Below, piece after piece: positions 50,236 through 61,529 of a stretch of DNA of 64,000 bases. The stretch spans positions 3,776,001 through 3,840,000 of the forward strand of contig OY829846.1 in the NCBI GenBank assembly GCA_963691875.1. The letters run 5' to 3'. A program made the translations under genes and the position numbers. The notes beneath the pieces were generated by a model. That model ran no database searches, had not been told where the DNA came from, and was given only the letters and a program-made list of their open reading frames with translations. This DNA comes from Aureliella sp. (lineage in GTDB: Bacteria > Planctomycetota > Planctomycetia > Pirellulales > Pirellulaceae). Within the stretch, counting starts at the first letter, position 1, and every line of letters begins with the position of its first letter.

Positions 50236-51399
50236 ATGCCTTCCTTCTCAACTGAAGACCTTATCACTTGGATCGATCGCCTCGTCGACTCGACTCGAGA
50301 AGACGAGCAGGAAGACCAAGGAGTGGTGGAAGCAGAGGCTGAACAAAGCGTGCCCGGGAGCAGCCCAGATTGTAGAAGCAAAGACAAAAAAGCAGAAACG
50401 GCCGACGATGCGCCGACATCGGTGGCATCGTTTCCAGATAGACTACTACTCTCAATCGCTCGGCCAGCGATGGCGTGTGAGTTTGAGGTATTGCTTAATC
50501 AACACCAATACTCCGACGCAACCGACAGGGCACTGGAAGCTTTGGACGTGATTGGCGAGCAGGAGCGGGTGCTTAGCGTTTACAAATCCAATAGCGAATT
50601 GAGCAACCTGAATCGTTTTGGTGCGAAGCGTGCAGTCGGATTGTCGCGAGGCACGTTGGATTTGCTTGCACTAGCGCAGTCAGCGCATCGGTGGACCAAC
50701 GGAGCCTTCGACATCACGGCAGGGGCCCTGTCTGAAGCGTGGGGCTTTTCACGTCGGCATGGCAAGAAGCCTGATCAAGAAGCGATTGACGACGCACTTT
50801 CGTCGGTCGGCAGCCAGTTCATCCGGCTCGACGAAGAAAGCTGCTCTGCGACTCTGGAACATGAAGAAGCCCGCGTGAATCCTGGCGGAATCGGAAAAGG
50901 CTACGCTTTGGATCAGGCATCCAACCACTTGTGGCACTGCGGAATGGAGGACTTCATGATTCACGGTGGTCTTAGCTCGGTTACTGCGCGAGGGGATCGA
51001 CATAGTGCAAACTCGGACGGGGGATGGAAAGTTTCACTTAAGCACCCTTGGCGTTGGGAAGAACATCTTGGCTCGATTCGATTGCTCGATGCGGCTCTTG
51101 GAACAAGTGGTTCTGGCAAACAGTTCTTTCATTTCGGTGGCAAACGCTACAGCCACATCATTGATCCGCGCACAGGCTGGCCGGCACAAGGAATGATGAG
51201 CGTCACCGTTCTTTGCCAAAGCGCCGCTATCGCCGATATCTTGGCGACCGCATTGTTTGTCCTTGGTGTGGAGGCGTCTCGCAAATTCCTAGAGCAAAAT
51301 ACTGCTATCGGAGCCATTTTGATGTTCCAGCAAGAAAAATCAGGTCGACAAGAAATCGAAACGCATAACTTGGAACCAGACATTTGGCAGGCAAGATAA
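50236..51399 (+). CDS. apbE: FAD:protein FMN transferase (ApbE family)
   Basis: AMACEF, SELSNLN, GAFDIT, GGIGKGYALD, GTSG, HIIDPRTG, ADILATA; no signal peptide visible. Confidence 0.9.
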   Translation: MPSFSTEDLITWIDRLVDSTREDEQEDQGVVEAEAEQSVPGSSPDCRSKDKKAETADDAPTSVASFPDRLLLSIARPAMACEFEVLLNQHQYSDATDRALEALDVIGEQERVLSVYKSNSELSNLNRFGAKRAVGLSRGTLDLLALAQSAHRWTNGAFDITAGALSEAWGFSRRHGKKPDQEAIDDALSSVGSQFIRLDEESCSATLEHEEARVNPGGIGKGYALDQASNHLWHCGMEDFMIHGGLSSVTARGDRHSANSDGGWKVSLKHPWRWEEHLGSIRLLDAALGTSGSGKQFFHFGGKRYSHIIDPRTGWPAQGMMSVTVLCQSAAIADILATALFVLGVEASRKFLEQNTAIGAILMFQQEKSGRQEIETHNLEPDIWQAR

Positions 51400-51479
51400 A
51401 CCGGCGAAGTCGACGCAAGTCGCAATGACAGATCAACTCATCGTCGTTGTTCTTCTGCTTCCAGCGAAGGTCCAAAACT

Positions 51480-51879
51480 TGCGAAGGATCGATTTGGAAA
51501 CTGCGATCTGGGGTGGTTCCAATCAAGTTGCAACTTAAGTCTGGAATACGAGCGGCGCACTTGCCAGTTTCAAGTTGCCAATGAAAACTCTCGAGATCCA
51601 CCGTGACCGGTTCGCTCCAGAAAGCATGTTGTTCGTAAGGCTTGGGGTTGACCGACGTCACCATTGCTCATGTCGCTTGGGCAACGTCTCCAGGAATAGA
51701 TCGGTAGGCAGCGTCTTTGCGAGCTGCTTTATGAGTCGCTTGCGAACACGCTCAAGCACTTCCGCTCGGGAACTTCCAACCACTTCCATTCCCCAAGCTC
51801 CTAGCGGCTTCGCACGCGCGATCTGCTCGGCCAGATACTCTCGCTAAATCGTCACAGTGATTGGAATCATTTCGCTCAT
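51480..51879 (-). pseudogene. Broken N-terminal gene fragment (possibly of a ClpA/B-like AAA protein)
   Basis: MSEMIPITVTI*REYLAEQ...HEQW* (TAG 51844-51846, TGA 51658-51660), continuing in a shifted frame as ...FWSEPVTVDLESFHWQ...; family assignment is tentative. Confidence 0.4.
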
Positions 51880-52118
51880 CAGTTTTCGTAATTTAGTCGC
51901 CGAGGTGCGTGGTATTCAATCTGCGGTATGTGTCTACGATATATGTCTGCCGCCAAGTGCTGCGCTGTACTAATGCTGTACTCGTCCGCGTAGTGCTTCG
52001 TCAGTTCAAGTAGCTGAAGTCGTCAATAACTGCGGACCTTTGAAGTGCGTCCGCTCGAGGGGCTGGTTGGCTTAGGTCACTACGACGCACCGTGAGCCGA
52101 AGTTATGAACTCTCTCCT

Positions 52119-52166
52119 AACCCGATGCGTGAGCGAGGCTACCATTCCTCGCTCACACCTCGGGAC
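52119..52166. repeat. REP-like imperfect palindrome, copy 2
   Basis: AACCCGATGCGTGAGCGAGG (52119-52138) and CCTCGCTCACACCTCGGGAC (52147-52166); left arm is 16/20 identical to copy 1. Confidence 0.7.
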
Positions 52167-52268
52167 GTGATTGACCGCAAGTCGCCAGCTGAGCAACTAT
52201 TTATGCAAGTCCACCGAACCGTATGCTGCGGTGAAAATGCAAGACACGAACCACTAACGGAAAACTAA

Positions 52269-52778
52269 ATGTCCACTAGCACTCAAGAACATCGTGATGC
52301 TGCCCCCAATTCGCTGAAATTTGCTGTGCTCACCGTCAGCGATTCCCGCAACTTGGAGACAGACAAGAGTGGACAACTAATTGTTCAGCGTATGGAAGAT
52401 GCAAAACATCAATTGCATGAGCGAATCGTCGTGCCTGACGAGCCCGGTCAAATTGCCGAACAAGTACGCACTTTCGTCGCAGTCGAGGGACTAGATGTTT
52501 TGCTGCTCACCGGTGGCACCGGGATTTCTCCTAGGGATCAAACGCCGGAAGCCGTCCTTCCTTTGCTCGACATCGAGATTCCGGGCTTTGGCGAAATGTT
52601 TCGGGTGCTCAGCTATGAAGAGATTGGCCCGGCAACGATGCTGAGCCGAGCATTTGCAGGTCGGATTGGCCAAGTGTTAGTGTTCTGCTTGCCAGGATCT
52701 TCTAACGCAGTCAAACTCGCTATAGACGAGCTACTTGTACCCGAACTCCCGCATCTGGTTCACCATTCTCGTGGTTAA
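52269..52778 (+). CDS. moaB: Molybdenum cofactor biosynthesis protein MoaB/MogA
   Basis: VLTVSDSR, DKSG, TGGTGISPRDQTPEA, PGFGEMFR, LSRA, LPGS. Confidence 0.9.
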   Translation: MSTSTQEHRDAAPNSLKFAVLTVSDSRNLETDKSGQLIVQRMEDAKHQLHERIVVPDEPGQIAEQVRTFVAVEGLDVLLLTGGTGISPRDQTPEAVLPLLDIEIPGFGEMFRVLSYEEIGPATMLSRAFAGRIGQVLVFCLPGSSNAVKLAIDELLVPELPHLVHHSRG

Positions 52779-53156
52779 ACAACTAACACCTTTTTCCTCA
52801 ATTGTTCCTTAGCCAACGACTTTTGCCCAGCAGGTGCCTCGAGAGGTTTCTGTATCCCAGCGAAGAAGCATTGATTCTCACACCGCCATGCCTGCACGCA
52901 CTAAACCTCAAAAAACAGCACCGTAGAGGGAATTACCTAAGCAAATTCTACTAAGGCATTGGCGAAATTCTGCCTTATTCGTCATCAGCCATGACGTCAT
53001 TGTTGATTCCGCTTCTTTAGTGCATAAGTTCTTTAGTGCGTACACGAGCGACGCGTATCTAAAAGGACAGAAACCATCAGCGCTGAGTTATTTGCGACAC
53101 CATGTCAACAACCAGTTGCTGTGACTCCTCTCTCCGGCTGTTAGAAGCAAAAGCCT

Positions 53157-56100
53157 ATGCACACAACGACTATCCTACGATGGACGACGGGTGCCCTTTT
53201 TTATGGTTCGTATGCAGCACTTGCATAGGCCAAGATTTCACTTCCGAATCGCGGGAAGTAGTTCACTCGATTGAGCGATTCTATGCCCTGAGTGAAGAAG
53301 AGGCCAAGGAAGGGCGGCCCGTTCGAATTGAAGGCGTTGTGTTGTACTCAGCCCCAGCTTGGGGTCTCCTGTTTATCGCCGATGAAACAGGGCGCTTATT
53401 TCAGCAAATCTCAGCAGACGAATTGCTAGTCGCGGCCGGTTCATCCGTTCTCATTTCCGGCAAGACAAACCACGCCGGAAACGCCCCAACGATCGATGAC
53501 CTGAGCATTGCACCAATAGGACGCGGAGTTTTACCACCTCCCAAAGTGCTGATGCCCCACGAGCTGGAGGACCCACTGACGACCCGTGGACTCGTCTCCC
53601 TCTCTGGCTCAGTTGTATCGGCACGTTACATCGATGATGAACACATCATTCTAGTGGTTACTTTTCTTAGGCGTTACTTCGTACGCGTGACCATCAATCA
53701 ATGCCAAGAAAGCGACCTTGAAGGACTTTTGGGAGCACGTGTCGAGGTCGTAGGCGTTGCAAGTGATATTCATAACAAACTAGATGAACGAATCATTGAT
53801 TCCCAAGTGTTTGTCCCATCTTTGGATCAAGTCACGGTGTTCCAAAGGGGACGTGACGACTTGTTTCAGCGTTCTGAGATTCCAATCCAATCTATAGCCC
53901 AAGAGTTTCGCCAGATTCGCGATCCGACTTTTGTGAAAGTTCGAGGAAGAGTCATTGATCGTCCAAGCCAAGACACCTTCGTTGTCGATGACGGCGATGC
54001 ATCGATACATGTTCGAATGCAACAGGTAATCAGCTTCGAGAACGGTACCAGCGTAGAAGCAGTTGGCATTGTCTATGAACTGCGTGATCAGCCGACAACT
54101 TCGGTTCGGAACTTGATCTTGGACCGGGCTTTTGTACGGCAGTCGAAAAGTTCGAATACCTCCAAGACCGACAACCATAAAGTCCTTCGATCTGTATCCG
54201 CTTTGCGTATCCTGCGTCGCGAAGAGGCTGCTCAGGAGATTCCGGTTGAGATTACAGGCGTAGTGACGTACTACGACCCCATCTGGCGCGTGCTATTCAT
54301 TCATGACGGTGTCCACGGAGTGTACATCGATGATAAGAAACAGTCTCGCCCCTTGCGTCACGGAGATACTGTTACCGTCGAAGGTGTCTCGGACCCCGGT
54401 GGCTTTGCGCCGATGGTTGTGTTGAGAGACTTAGTAAAACACCAGCGTGTTGGTAGCTTGCCCAACGCGACTGATATTCGACTTGCTGATCTGAAAGATG
54501 GCTCCCTGGATAGTCAGTGGACGTCCATCGTCGGTACTGTCAAGTCCGCCGAGAAAAGTCAGCAGAACCTGGTACTCGTACTGAGAAATGCCGAACATGA
54601 ATTTGACGCTGTCATCTGCGGTGCAGGCAACCTGCTCAAGAAGAAGAACTGGGTGGGTTCGCGAATCAGCCTAACTGGCGTTTGCGGGATCAAATCAAAC
54701 GCAAAGTCTAAGGCCGCTGGTGTTTACTTTCATGTTCCAGGTGAAGCTCAGGTTGAATTCTTACGCGAAGCTCCAAGCGATCCATTCTCAGTTCCTACGA
54801 TTCCGATCAGTGAACTATCCACTTACAGCTCCTCGAGTTTAGAACAAGAGTCTCGCTCTCGCTTGACGGGAACGGTGACTTACGTGGATCGAACTGGACT
54901 AGTTGCGATACAGGATGAATCTGCAGGAATTTTCTTGCGATTGAAGAAGCTTGAAGTACCAAGCTTGGGTGATACGATCGACATCATAGGTTTCGCGCCG
55001 CAGCGATCCGCTCTTTCAAGGCCTCGTGTATCCCACTGGCAGCAGTCCAACTCCAAACTGAAGCCACCTAAGGCCAAAGAAATTCAACTTTCGCGAATTA
55101 ACCCCAAATCATTCAAGTCGCAACTTGTTTCGGTGCAAGGTACCGTGCTCCGTAACAGTGTCGGAGCGGCCATTCCCGGACTGACAATTCAGAGTGACGG
55201 ATTTGTATTCTCAATCGACCTTGCTTCGCCAACCAAAGCGGACGTGTGGACGCAGCTGCAGGAAGGGTCTTTGATCCAAGTCGAGGGAGTGATGGATATC
55301 CATGCAGACGACCTGAATCGATTGGAGTCGTTTCGTCTGCTATGCCCACTAGCAGCCAAGACCAAAGTGATTCGTGCGGCCCCGTGGTGGAATGCACAGC
55401 ACACAAGCCTTCTTATCGGCTGTCTGATTGTGTTGATTGTCGGGGGATTGGGTTGGGTCGGAACGCTGCGTTCCACTGTGTCTCGACAGACGAAGCGAAT
55501 TAAAAGCGAACTGCGTGCACGTGGCGAGCTAGCAAACCGCTACAACACGATCATCGATAACGCAAGCGAGCTTATCTTTTCCCTGAAACGTTCAGGCGAA
55601 TTCGTGTCGGTTAATCCTGCGACCGAAAGAGCTTTCGATGCACCCAATAGCCTGTTGCTTGGTCAACGGCTTGGCGAGTACCTGACCTATGAGAGCCAGA
55701 AGATTTCCCAGCAGCTTTTGGCGAAACTGGAGGCTGCTTGCCCTCACGCAATCGTGGAACTAACCACCGCACGTGGGCTAATTCTGGAAACTGCTCTCCA
55801 ACTAAGCCTTTCACCCAATGGAGAAGAAATCCAGTGTATTGCTCGCGATCTATCGGAGCGGCAGCAATTGGAGCGGCAGCTTCGACACGTCCAAAAGCTT
55901 GATTCTGTGGGACAGCTCGCCGCCGGTGTTGCTCATGACTACAACAACTTGTTAATGGTTGTGCGTCTCAATAGCGAATTGCTGGCGCGGGAAAATCTCG
56001 GCGAACAAGGTCAAAATTGTGCGAGCATGATTCAGGAAGCCGCTGATCGAGCATCAAAACTAACGCGGCAGTTGCTTGCGTTTAGCCGGCGGCAAGCAAT

Positions 56101-57034
56101 GAATACCCAAGTCGTGAATGTCGATCAGTTATTGGAAGATACCTCAACTATCCTCCAAGAACTTCTGAGGGAAAACATTGATTTAGTCGTTCAATCAGAT
56201 GGTATCTTGCCTGAAATCAACGCTGATGCAGCGATGATTGAGCAAGCTATCATGAACCTCACACTCAATGCCCGAGATGCAATGCCGTCCGGCGGGAAGC
56301 TCACCATCTCAGCACGTCCTCGAACGGTTTCTGCGGATGCAGCTTCCCGGCACTTTGAGGTGCGTCAAGGTGAATACATTGAAATCAGCGTGGCCGATAC
56401 CGGTTGTGGGATTCGTCGCGAATCGCTGCCAAATGTCTTTGAGCCCTTTTACACAACGAAAGAAGTCGGCAAAGGAACAGGGCTGGGCCTGAGTACGGTG
56501 TTCGGAATTGTAAAGCAACATGAAGGCTGGATTGACGTTAACTCTGTTCTCGGTAGTGGGAGTAAGTTTTCGATCAATCTACCTGCGGTCCCTCACTCAC
56601 TCCAAGAAAGCAAAAAGCTAACCTCTGTTTCTAGCGACGCTCCTGCTAAGGAAACCGTGCTGATTATCGAAGATGATAGCTCTGTTCGCTTGACGATGAG
56701 TCGGCTACTCGAACGCGTAGGCTACGAAGTCATCCAATCGGTCAACGGGCCCGAGGCCTTGGATCTGCTGAAGCGAAGTGAATTCAAGATCGACATCGTG
56801 GTAACGGATATGGTGATGCCTGGAGGACTGACAGGAATGGAAGTTGGCAAAGAGATTCGCAAGATGAGTCCAGAGATGCCAATCGCTTACTGTAGCGGCT
56901 ATAGCTCAGAATTGATGAGTGTCGCCAGTCTTGCGACTATAGAGCGTTTTCTATCCAAGCCCTTTGAGGCAACGCAGATGCTCCATGTTGTTCGGGAGTT
57001 GTTGACCGCTCGCCCTCACAAAATATCAGCTTGA
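53157..57034 (+). CDS. Hybrid sensor histidine kinase (repeated extracytoplasmic domain-TM-PAS-HisKA-HATPase-REC); signal peptide apparently frameshifted
   Basis: GQLAAGVAHDYNNLL, NARDAM, DTGCG, FEPFYTTKEVGKGTGLGL, REC LIIEDD...TDMVMP...KP; APWW before the TM. The uninterrupted ORF is 53102-57034. Confidence 0.9.
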
Positions 57035-57429
57035 TCAGCGTAGGACAATTATCCTCAATTCCCCGAAGGCCACATGCGGTTTCTAACTAAGAATTGGCGG
57101 ATCCTGTCCCGAATTCGCGCATAGCTATCGCTATGGCGACGAGTAGAATCACCGCAAAGGTAAGCAACAACATTCAAAGCACTTGTTACCGACGAGCCAC
57201 CAAAATATCGGGCAGATGCAGGCGATCGTGACAACAACAAACCAACTTCGAAGAGACCATTGCGTTTGTTTTGAGTAGCGATGCAGGTAGGCCAATAACT
57301 AACGCCGCGCTGTTGACGGCACCCAACGCGGTGGATGCAAAGTGTCAACGTACGGATTGATATTGTTCTTTAGTCGGCATATTACCGACGGGCTCGTAAC
57401 CTTCCCCACTAGGGATGTAACTATCGCGA

Positions 57430-58494
57430 CTACGAGGCCCAGCGGCTTTGACCGGTGCCTTCTTGAACCGTGCCGATTTGCCAAGTCTTTAAGCCCGTCG
57501 ACTGAGCGATGTCGCTAACGGTTTTGGCATAAAATGGACTGACGATAAAGACGAGCCCCAGCCCCATGTTGAAGACCCGATCCATCTCCTCCGACGGAAC
57601 TTCTCCGTGCTTCTGAATCCACGGGAAGCAGGAGGGCACGTCCCAGGAATCTCGCTCAAAAACCAAGTCCACTTTGCCCTTGAGAATCCGCTGGGTATTC
57701 TCGAGCAGTCCGCCACCCGTTACGTGCGAAATTCCGTGCACGACGTTCTTCACCTTGTAGTGACCGAGGACTTCGCGGGTCAACTTGGCGTAAATGATCG
57801 TGGGCTCAAGTAACACATCGCCAACGGTCCTATCGAGCTCTGGCACATGGTCATCAACTTTGAGCCCAGCTTTCTCAAACACAACTTTGCGAGCGAGGCT
57901 GTAGCCGTTGGAGTGAAAGCCTGAGGACTCGACGCCAATGATGACGTCGCCCGGAGCAATCAAGTCTCCCGAGATGAGATTCTTTTTCTCGACGACTCCG
58001 ACGCAAAAACCTGCTAAATCGTAATCATCTCCTTGGTAAAGATCCGGCATGATGGCTGTCTCACCGCCGAGCAGCGAGCTATCCGCCAACACGCAACCTT
58101 GGCTGATGCCTTCGACGATACTTTCCAGCAGCGGCGGATTGTCACGACTCATCGCGACATAGTCCAAGAAGAATAAGGGCTCCGCACCACAGCACAGAAT
58201 GTCGTTGACGCACATCGCGACGAGGTCGATACCGACGGTATCGTGCTTGCCAGCCAGCTGAGCAACTTTGAGTTTTGTGCCCACGCCGTCAGTGCCGGAA
58301 ACGAGAATGGGCTCTTCGTACTTCCGCGAAAACAGAGCGCAGTTGAAATCGAGTTGGAAGAGCCCAGCGAAGCCACCATCGTTCTTCATGACGCGTGGAC
58401 TAAAGGTGCGATGCATCAACCGAGGCAGCCGCTGCATGGCTTTCTCGTACTTCTCGAGATCTACACCGCTATCCTTATAAGTAACTGGGCTCAT
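57430..58494 (-). CDS. purM: Phosphoribosylformylglycinamidine cyclo-ligase (AIR synthetase)
   Basis: TYKDSGVD, GTDGVGTK, DLVAMCVND, GGETA, SSGFHSNGYS, HVTGGG, FNMGLG; start taken as ATG 58494. Confidence 0.96.
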   Translation of the reverse strand: MSPVTYKDSGVDLEKYEKAMQRLPRLMHRTFSPRVMKNDGGFAGLFQLDFNCALFSRKYEEPILVSGTDGVGTKLKVAQLAGKHDTVGIDLVAMCVNDILCCGAEPLFFLDYVAMSRDNPPLLESIVEGISQGCVLADSSLLGGETAIMPDLYQGDDYDLAGFCVGVVEKKNLISGDLIAPGDVIIGVESSGFHSNGYSLARKVVFEKAGLKVDDHVPELDRTVGDVLLEPTIIYAKLTREVLGHYKVKNVVHGISHVTGGGLLENTQRILKGKVDLVFERDSWDVPSCFPWIQKHGEVPSEEMDRVFNMGLGLVFIVSPFYAKTVSDIAQSTGLKTWQIGTVQEGTGQSRWAS

Positions 58495-58624
58495 GAAGTT
58501 TCTTTGCTGTGGGTCGTCAACCAAGGAAATTGCGGACACAATTATGACGCTTTGACCACGAACTGCCACTCCTACCGTTGTCCGACGAGTCAGAAACACC
58601 CGCGCTGAATCCCGAATTGAACCC

Positions 58625-59812
58625 ATGGCAGAAGTCCGCAGCGCCTACGTCCACGTGCCTTTTTGCAGCCACCGCTGTGGCTACTGTAACTTCACCCTAA
58701 TTGCTGGGCGAGCGGATCTCGTTCCGAGCTATCTTGACGCCCTCGGGCGGGAGTTAGAACTGACTCTCGACGAGGCGTCCGAAGTCGAGACACTCTTTCT
58801 CGGCGGCGGAACTCCCAGCTTTCTAAGCGTTTCGGAGCTGGAGCGTTTGTTTGAGTTGCTCAATCACTGGCTGCCGACCACCAGCTCGGCGGAAGTCTCC
58901 TGTGAAGTGAATCCCCTGGACTGCAGGCCGGCGAAGCTCGAGATGCTTCGTGCGGCTGGCGTCAACCGCATCAGTATCGGCGGCCAGTCTTTTTCAGCTC
59001 GCAAACTCTCAGTCTTACAGCGCGATCACTCGCCTGACGAGCTTCGCAAAGCCATCGCGACCTGCCAGCAGTACTTTGATCGCATCTCGCTGGATCTGAT
59101 TTTCGCGGCTCCTGAAGAATCGCTTGAAGAATGGCGAGCCGACTTGATGGCGGCGGTCGAAAGTGGCGTCACGCACTTGTCAACATACGGCCTCACCGTA
59201 GAAAAGGGCTCGATGTTCTTCGGCCGCGTGCAGAAAGGCGAATTGGCAGAACTGGACAGCGACTTGCAACGCGAGCTCTACGAGCACACGATCGACTATC
59301 TCACGAACCAAGATTGGACGCACTATGAAGTGTCCAATTTCGCTTTGGGTGAACAGCAGTGTCGGCATAACCAGGCTTACTGGCTGGGGCAATACTGGTG
59401 GGGCTTCGGCCCCGGCGCGGCCAGTTTCTTACCAGCGAAGACCGGAGAAGATTCCGGCGCGATTGCAGTTCGGGCGGTGAACCATCAGAGTACAACTTTG
59501 TATCTGCAACGATTCACCGAGGCGCAGGCTCATTCAGCGATTCAGACTTTTAAAACGGACTCAGAATCACTCAGCAATGAAGACTATATACGCGAGCGGG
59601 TCGTATTTGGCTTGCGGCGTTTGGTGGGAGTGAACTTGAAGGAACTCGATCAAGAATTCGAGTGCAATGTAGCTGAGATGTTCGAACCGGTTCTGACTGA
59701 ATACTTGAAGCAAGGCTGGTTGTCGCTCGATGAATCGAGACAATTGAGTCTAACTCAGGCAGGCCTGTTTATCAGCGACGGACTCTGGCCCGATCTGCTG
59801 GTTCCACCTTAG
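58625..59812 (+). CDS. hemW: Radical SAM heme chaperone
   Basis: YVHVPFCSHRCGYC, GGGTPS, HYEVSNF, HNQAYW. Confidence 0.88.
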   Translation: MAEVRSAYVHVPFCSHRCGYCNFTLIAGRADLVPSYLDALGRELELTLDEASEVETLFLGGGTPSFLSVSELERLFELLNHWLPTTSSAEVSCEVNPLDCRPAKLEMLRAAGVNRISIGGQSFSARKLSVLQRDHSPDELRKAIATCQQYFDRISLDLIFAAPEESLEEWRADLMAAVESGVTHLSTYGLTVEKGSMFFGRVQKGELAELDSDLQRELYEHTIDYLTNQDWTHYEVSNFALGEQQCRHNQAYWLGQYWWGFGPGAASFLPAKTGEDSGAIAVRAVNHQSTTLYLQRFTEAQAHSAIQTFKTDSESLSNEDYIRERVVFGLRRLVGVNLKELDQEFECNVAEMFEPVLTEYLKQGWLSLDESRQLSLTQAGLFISDGLWPDLLVPP

Positions 59813-59901
59813 TGGCATAGGCCTCTAATCTGTGTGGTCCTAATTGCATCACACAGGCTGGAAGCCTATGTACTCTAATTTACCCTATTCGGAGCAAATC
59901 A

Positions 59902-60297
59902 TTGACCGAAGCGATTCCAGAAGATGAAGTATTCGCCGTCGTCGGTGAAGAAGGATTTGCTCGTCTGGTTCGCGCGTTTTACGCACAGGTACCTAGTGAT
60001 GATATCCTCGGCCCGATGTACCCTAGCGATGATATGGACGGCGCGGAGGAGCGTTTACGAGACTTTCTGATCTATCGCTTTGGTGGCCCTCTGACCTATA
60101 TCGAACAGCGAGGTCACCCACGGCTACGAGCTCGTCACATGCCCTTTATCATCAACGAAGCCGCCAAAGACCGCTGGCTGGAAATGATGGATCACGCTTT
60201 CGAAGAAACGAAGCTTCCCACCGGAGCCGAAGCGACGTTGAAACAGTTCTTCGATCACATGGCCAATTTTTTGATCAATCAACCGGGAGAGTTGTAA
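59902..60297 (+). CDS. Group II truncated hemoglobin (GlbO-like)
   Basis: LVRAFY, LGPMYP, FGGPLTY, GHPRLRARHMPF; GGAG before the TTG start. Confidence 0.88.
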   Translation: MTEAIPEDEVFAVVGEEGFARLVRAFYAQVPSDDILGPMYPSDDMDGAEERLRDFLIYRFGGPLTYIEQRGHPRLRARHMPFIINEAAKDRWLEMMDHAFEETKLPTGAEATLKQFFDHMANFLINQPGEL

Positions 60298-60740
60298 CAG
60301 CTGTCCGCGTGGATAAAACTAGAGGGTGTTGAACAACTAGGAAACAAGTGAGCGCACACGTTCATAGAGAATCAATAGAACCTTGAAATTTTCCAAAGAA
60401 GCACTTGATTGAAGCAATTTGCTCATTGCAAAATTGCGGGAGTGTTAGAGCTTTTCCGACCTCTACCCGAACGGAACGGGACAGTTTTGGGATAATGGTC
60501 GGCGAATTGCCGAGTTGGATTTCTCCGCGCCCAAACGAGAGGTCGATCTAGAACAGGCAATTGGCGGCGATGGTGGGGAAGGTATCCTCGACGGGGATGG
60601 TGTATTGGTAGCCACTTCCAGATTAGGTTCTAAGTGCATGAAGATTCACTTGGTTGGACGCCAGCATTGAGACTGAGCGATGGGGCAATTGAGGACTATG
60701 GGCCTACTTTTTGCGGCTGAATTGTTAAGGCGAACGCAAC

Positions 60741-61529
60741 ATGAATAGACCAAGCGGATCGGTTCAGTACGCCAACGAAGGGCGCTGTGTACTGGTCAGT
60801 GGAGGCGCCAAGGGAATCGGCCGAGCTATCGCTGAAGCGTTTCATGCTAGTGGAGCAACGGTTCTGTGCATGGACATTGACGTGGGTGCGAAAGAGCTGC
60901 AAAGTGAAATCACGTTCGTTCTAGGTGACACCAGCCAGGAGGCAGACTGTGAACGCGCTGTATCAGAAGCCGTGCGAATCGGCGGAGGCCTTGATGTACT
61001 GGTCAACAACGCTGCGGTTCAGCCTCCAGCTTCTTACGTCCCACTGGACCAAATCGAGTCCGCAACTTGGAATCAGATGCTGGCCGTCAACTTCTCAGGC
61101 TACACATTCCTTGCCAAGCATGCGGTGCGGGTGATGAAGTCGCAAGGCAGCGGTGTCATCGTCAATCTTTCCAGCGGTCAGGCTCATCGCACCGCGCGAC
61201 AGGTTCCTTGCTATGGCCCGATCAAAGCTGCCAACGTCCTGCAAGCTATGCAGTGGGGCGTGGAATACGCACGCCAGGGGATTCGTGTCGTCTCTGTTTC
61301 ACCAGGCGCTATCAATACCCCTCTGGTTCGAGCGAGTATTGAAGAACAGGGAGGTGAATCGGAGCTTGCCAATCGTCACCCACTTGGAAGGATTGGCCAA
61401 CCAGAGGAAGTCGCAGCCGCCGTGCTGTGGCTGACTAGTGCAGATGCGAGTTTCGTAACTGCCACCGACTTGCAAGTTGACGGAGGTCTAGGTGCTTTCG
61501 GCGCCTTTGCGGACCCGTATCCTGCCTGA
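60741..61529 (+). CDS. Short-chain dehydrogenase/reductase
   Basis: SGGAKGIG, VNNAA, NLSS, YGPIK (YxxxK), SPGAINT, VDGG. Confidence 0.92.
   Translation: MNRPSGSVQYANEGRCVLVSGGAKGIGRAIAEAFHASGATVLCMDIDVGAKELQSEITFVLGDTSQEADCERAVSEAVRIGGGLDVLVNNAAVQPPASYVPLDQIESATWNQMLAVNFSGYTFLAKHAVRVMKSQGSGVIVNLSSGQAHRTARQVPCYGPIKAANVLQAMQWGVEYARQGIRVVSVSPGAINTPLVRASIEEQGGESELANRHPLGRIGQPEEVAAAVLWLTSADASFVTATDLQVDGGLGAFGAFADPYPA

Noticed and set aside
57055..57400. Possible degraded gene between the kinase and purM
   Set aside because: Short broken frames without a recognisable family.
58495..58626. N-terminal extension of PurM
   Set aside because: Runs into the hemW start; PurM-like sequence begins at MSPVTYKDSGVD.
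60448..60670. Start-less open frame YPNGTGQFWDNGRRIAE..., faintly MORN-like
   Set aside because: Single weak motif with no convincing start or RBS.
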